NCBI GenBank assembly: GCA_965222155.1 | Contig: CBDCTH010000012.1 | Coordinates: 2,368,001-2,432,000, forward strand | Source: Gammaproteobacteria bacterium | GTDB taxonomy: Bacteria > Pseudomonadota > Gammaproteobacteria > Eutrophobiales > Eutrophobiaceae | Length of the DNA stretch: 64,000 nt | Direction: 5' to 3' | Part shown: positions 62,801-64,000 of the stretch, piece by piece | How the letters are laid out: each line of letters opens with the position of its first letter | Numbering within the stretch: position 1 is the first letter of the stretch | Notes under the pieces: model-generated | Databases searched by the model: none | Seen by the model: the letters and a program-made list of their open reading frames with translations, nothing else | Told to the model about the DNA's origin: nothing | Program-made: the position numbers and the translations under genes

Positions 62801-62974
62801 GTCGATTGCGGCGGCGCCGGGGAAAACGGTGGCGATGTTCACCCAATTGAAGTTGAGCTCCGGTTCCTTGGCTCTGGGCATTTGCAGGTAGGTGAGTACT
62901 CCCAGGAAGATCACCAGACCGAAAGTCAGGTTCGCCAATACGTGGTTGGATAAAAACCGCTTGATGAAATTCAT
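59888..62974 (-). CDS. RND efflux permease (AcrB/AcrD/AcrF family)
   Basis: 1028 aa; GMIVDDAVVVVE, TTIAAFLP, QFRSY.QP, RR..PIVITS.TT. Confidence 0.95.
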   Translation of the reverse strand: MNFIKRFLSNHVLANLTFGLVIFLGVLTYLQMPRAKEPELNFNWVNIATVFPGAAAIDVEKRVTSPIEDALRRSVRDIKFVNSTSRENISNILVRFNQIDDEVFDKRMIDLRREVQNTYTDELPQDAEDPLVYEINTSNAFPSAMVVVTSAGDDENLRRQTRFIKKDLERVKGVDRVDDIGISDPELQVAFFSDRLEGLGLTPADISETIRAYFRDISAGDLETSDGKWIVRLQGTSPDPSAMRDFPIITASGVVPLGAIAELTRTREEAGEIVTYEGKPATLLAVTKNPDANVLELVDIVNKYLDNRNRFKDATGVELILADDQTVSTREALKIMQTNALIGLVLVLLVTWLFLGTRISLLTTIGIPFTLAGTFLIINIGGFTMNNTVLLAVVIVLGMIVDDAVVVVEAIYYRLQRGAEAMASIIDSFREVFAPVTTSVMTTIAAFLPLVLLPGILGEFMKVIPLVVTIALIVSLFEAYWILPAHVLALKVNFRKFGFISRKREAFSYWLRLRYTQALAKSLRHPIITLVCIMLTLSLAAGTLASGRIRFDFFESDALRLFYVNLEMPQGTSLEETSRALISAEAQALKEFLPGELRASVSFAGQQFTETAPLFGDTVGQVMFSLNPQASAGRHVSVIADAVLQRVRNIPGPVEVSILELKGGPPARRAISAKILGSDYPTMLQAANDLRDFLEQQQVYKNITLDYRPGNPELVLRLDGEAIHRTGLNPAIIGRALQAYVDGEVVTDFQDEGEEVKVRVLAKKNRHINTDNLMRQTISLPDGRSIALGELLISTPGIGRQNIRHYNFRRAITLESDIDKDQINTLQANNLITEKWRTLQARYPEISLDQTGELDDIQESLDAIWLLLMLGLGIIYIILGTQFRSYFQPFMVLVTVPLTFTGVTLGLVVTGNPLSLFTLYGVVALTGISVNAAIVLISAANSRLENGMSLLHATVYAARRRVVPIVITSATTVAGLLSLATGLAGKSLVWGPVATAIVWGLVFSTFLTLFVIPLLYRTFMAYSPRKAG

Positions 62975-63015
62975 GATTACGGTTGCCGGGAGCCGGTTAG
63001 CGCATCCGGCTGGCG

Positions 63016-64000
63016 TCAGCGCGGTTTATACGGGATGACCGGTTGTCCATTTTCCAACCTGTAATGCCCCTCTGTCACTATGACGGTGTCCGGCGGCAGA
63101 TCCAGGGGCGTAGTTCGGCCCTGCTGTGCGTCGGGTATGGTATGGAACCTGGCTCTGCCGTTGTCATTGATAAAGATGCCGAAGTCATTGCCACGTCGTA
63201 CCAGTAACTTGGCAGAGACGTGGGGCTGGTTATCCCGCCAGATGAGCTTGCCGGCAGCTCCCGGCAGAGCCGGAGCGTTACTGAACAGGAGCCTGACTTC
63301 CCGGTTGCGGGTCTGTGTATTGACTGCCGGCGTTACCGTGCGTAATGTTACCGCATAGCGCTTTGCCGTATCTTCGAAATAGATCTCTTCTGCCTGTTCG
63401 ACTGGCGCAATGTCCCGAGCCGGGACCTGTGCCGAAATTTCCAGTTGTTCGATATCCATGATTTCCAGCAGTCTCGTCCCCACGTCGGCGAATTCTCCAA
63501 CTGCGGCCACCCGGCTGGTAATGACAGCCGTGTACGGGCTCTTGATGGTGCAGCGGGATATGTTGATTTCAGACTTCTCCAGTTCTGACACAACGCCGCG
63601 CCGCTGCGCGCGCAAAACAGCCAGGTCGGCTTCGCGCTGGTCCAGTAATTCCTCGGATGCAGTCTGCAGCCGATGCAGTTTCCTGGTTCTTGCCAGACGG
63701 CGTTCTGCCAGCCTGATACGGGACTCAAACGCTGCAATATTCGCTTCCACCTGTTGTTTGGCGATGCGGAAGTCGGTACAATCCAGCCTGACCAGCACAC
63801 TGCCTGTTTCGACGATCTCACCGACCTTAACGGAAATCTCCTCTATACGCGCTTTGATCTGCGCAGAGACAGACGTGTCATTCAGGCTGACGGCAGTCGC
63901 CGGTGCGGATTTCCAGAGATAGATCGCCACGTCCTTAATCAATGCGGTTTTCACCGGGATGGCATTTTGCGCGCCCGGCACGAGCGGAAAAACGAGAAGC
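63016..64000 (-). CDS. RND periplasmic adaptor (MFP); 5' end outside window
   Basis: VSAQIKARI..V.VG..V..G..L..LD, hairpin, I.SPY..VI; adjacent to RND permease. Confidence 0.9.
   Translation of the reverse strand, partial: LLVFPLVPGAQNAIPVKTALIKDVAIYLWKSAPATAVSLNDTSVSAQIKARIEEISVKVGEIVETGSVLVRLDCTDFRIAKQQVEANIAAFESRIRLAERRLARTRKLHRLQTASEELLDQREADLAVLRAQRRGVVSELEKSEINISRCTIKSPYTAVITSRVAAVGEFADVGTRLLEIMDIEQLEISAQVPARDIAPVEQAEEIYFEDTAKRYAVTLRTVTPAVNTQTRNREVRLLFSNAPALPGAAGKLIWRDNQPHVSAKLLVRRGNDFGIFINDNGRARFHTIPDAQQGRTTPLDLPPDTVIVTEGHYRLENGQPVIPYKPR

Noticed and set aside
59888-64000. RND pair as an antibiotic-resistance determinant
   Set aside because: Family is clear but substrate is not inferable; appears to be an ordinary chromosomal locus.

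Overview
Chromosomal window from a gammaproteobacterium, inferred from the RpoB, EF-Tu and ribosomal protein sequences. Heavy IS/MITE load and many nonsense or frameshift pseudogenes suggest a host-associated lineage (inference). 1-7.5 kb: core tRNA(Tyr,Gly,Thr)-tuf-tRNA(Trp)-secE-nusG-rplKAJL-rpoB cluster with unusually short leaders. 7.8-35 kb: aromatic amino-acid catabolic region. It holds a tungsten-type aldehyde oxidoreductase/PLP decarboxylase/class-III aminotransferase operon, a divergent P450, hmgA-marR, kynU, fahA-maiA-scoAB and ipdC, and is split by an 8-kb nest of IS5/IS1182 elements and MITEs. 35-50 kb: IS1182, vapBC, DUF3604, Cre-like recombinase, IS21, ISAzo13, truncated TonB receptor, sulfatase, crcB. 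50-58 kb: conflict/defence-like island with a HipA-like kinase plus partner, mini GIY-YIG, hipBA, AEP-primase/SF2 helicase and AAA-DUF4143. 58-64 kb: metK and an RND efflux pair. Best leads: (i) a possible HPPD-independent decarboxylase/transaminase/AOR/P450 route into homogentisate; (ii) a 28-29-nt hairpin that behaves as a mobile unit, inserting into other repeats, into itself and into a transposase gene; (iii) a TSD-bounded composite transposon that splits a REP doublet; (iv) a shared 25-bp MarR-type operator; (v) the kinase-partner module. No database searches were run; family calls rest on recognised motifs.
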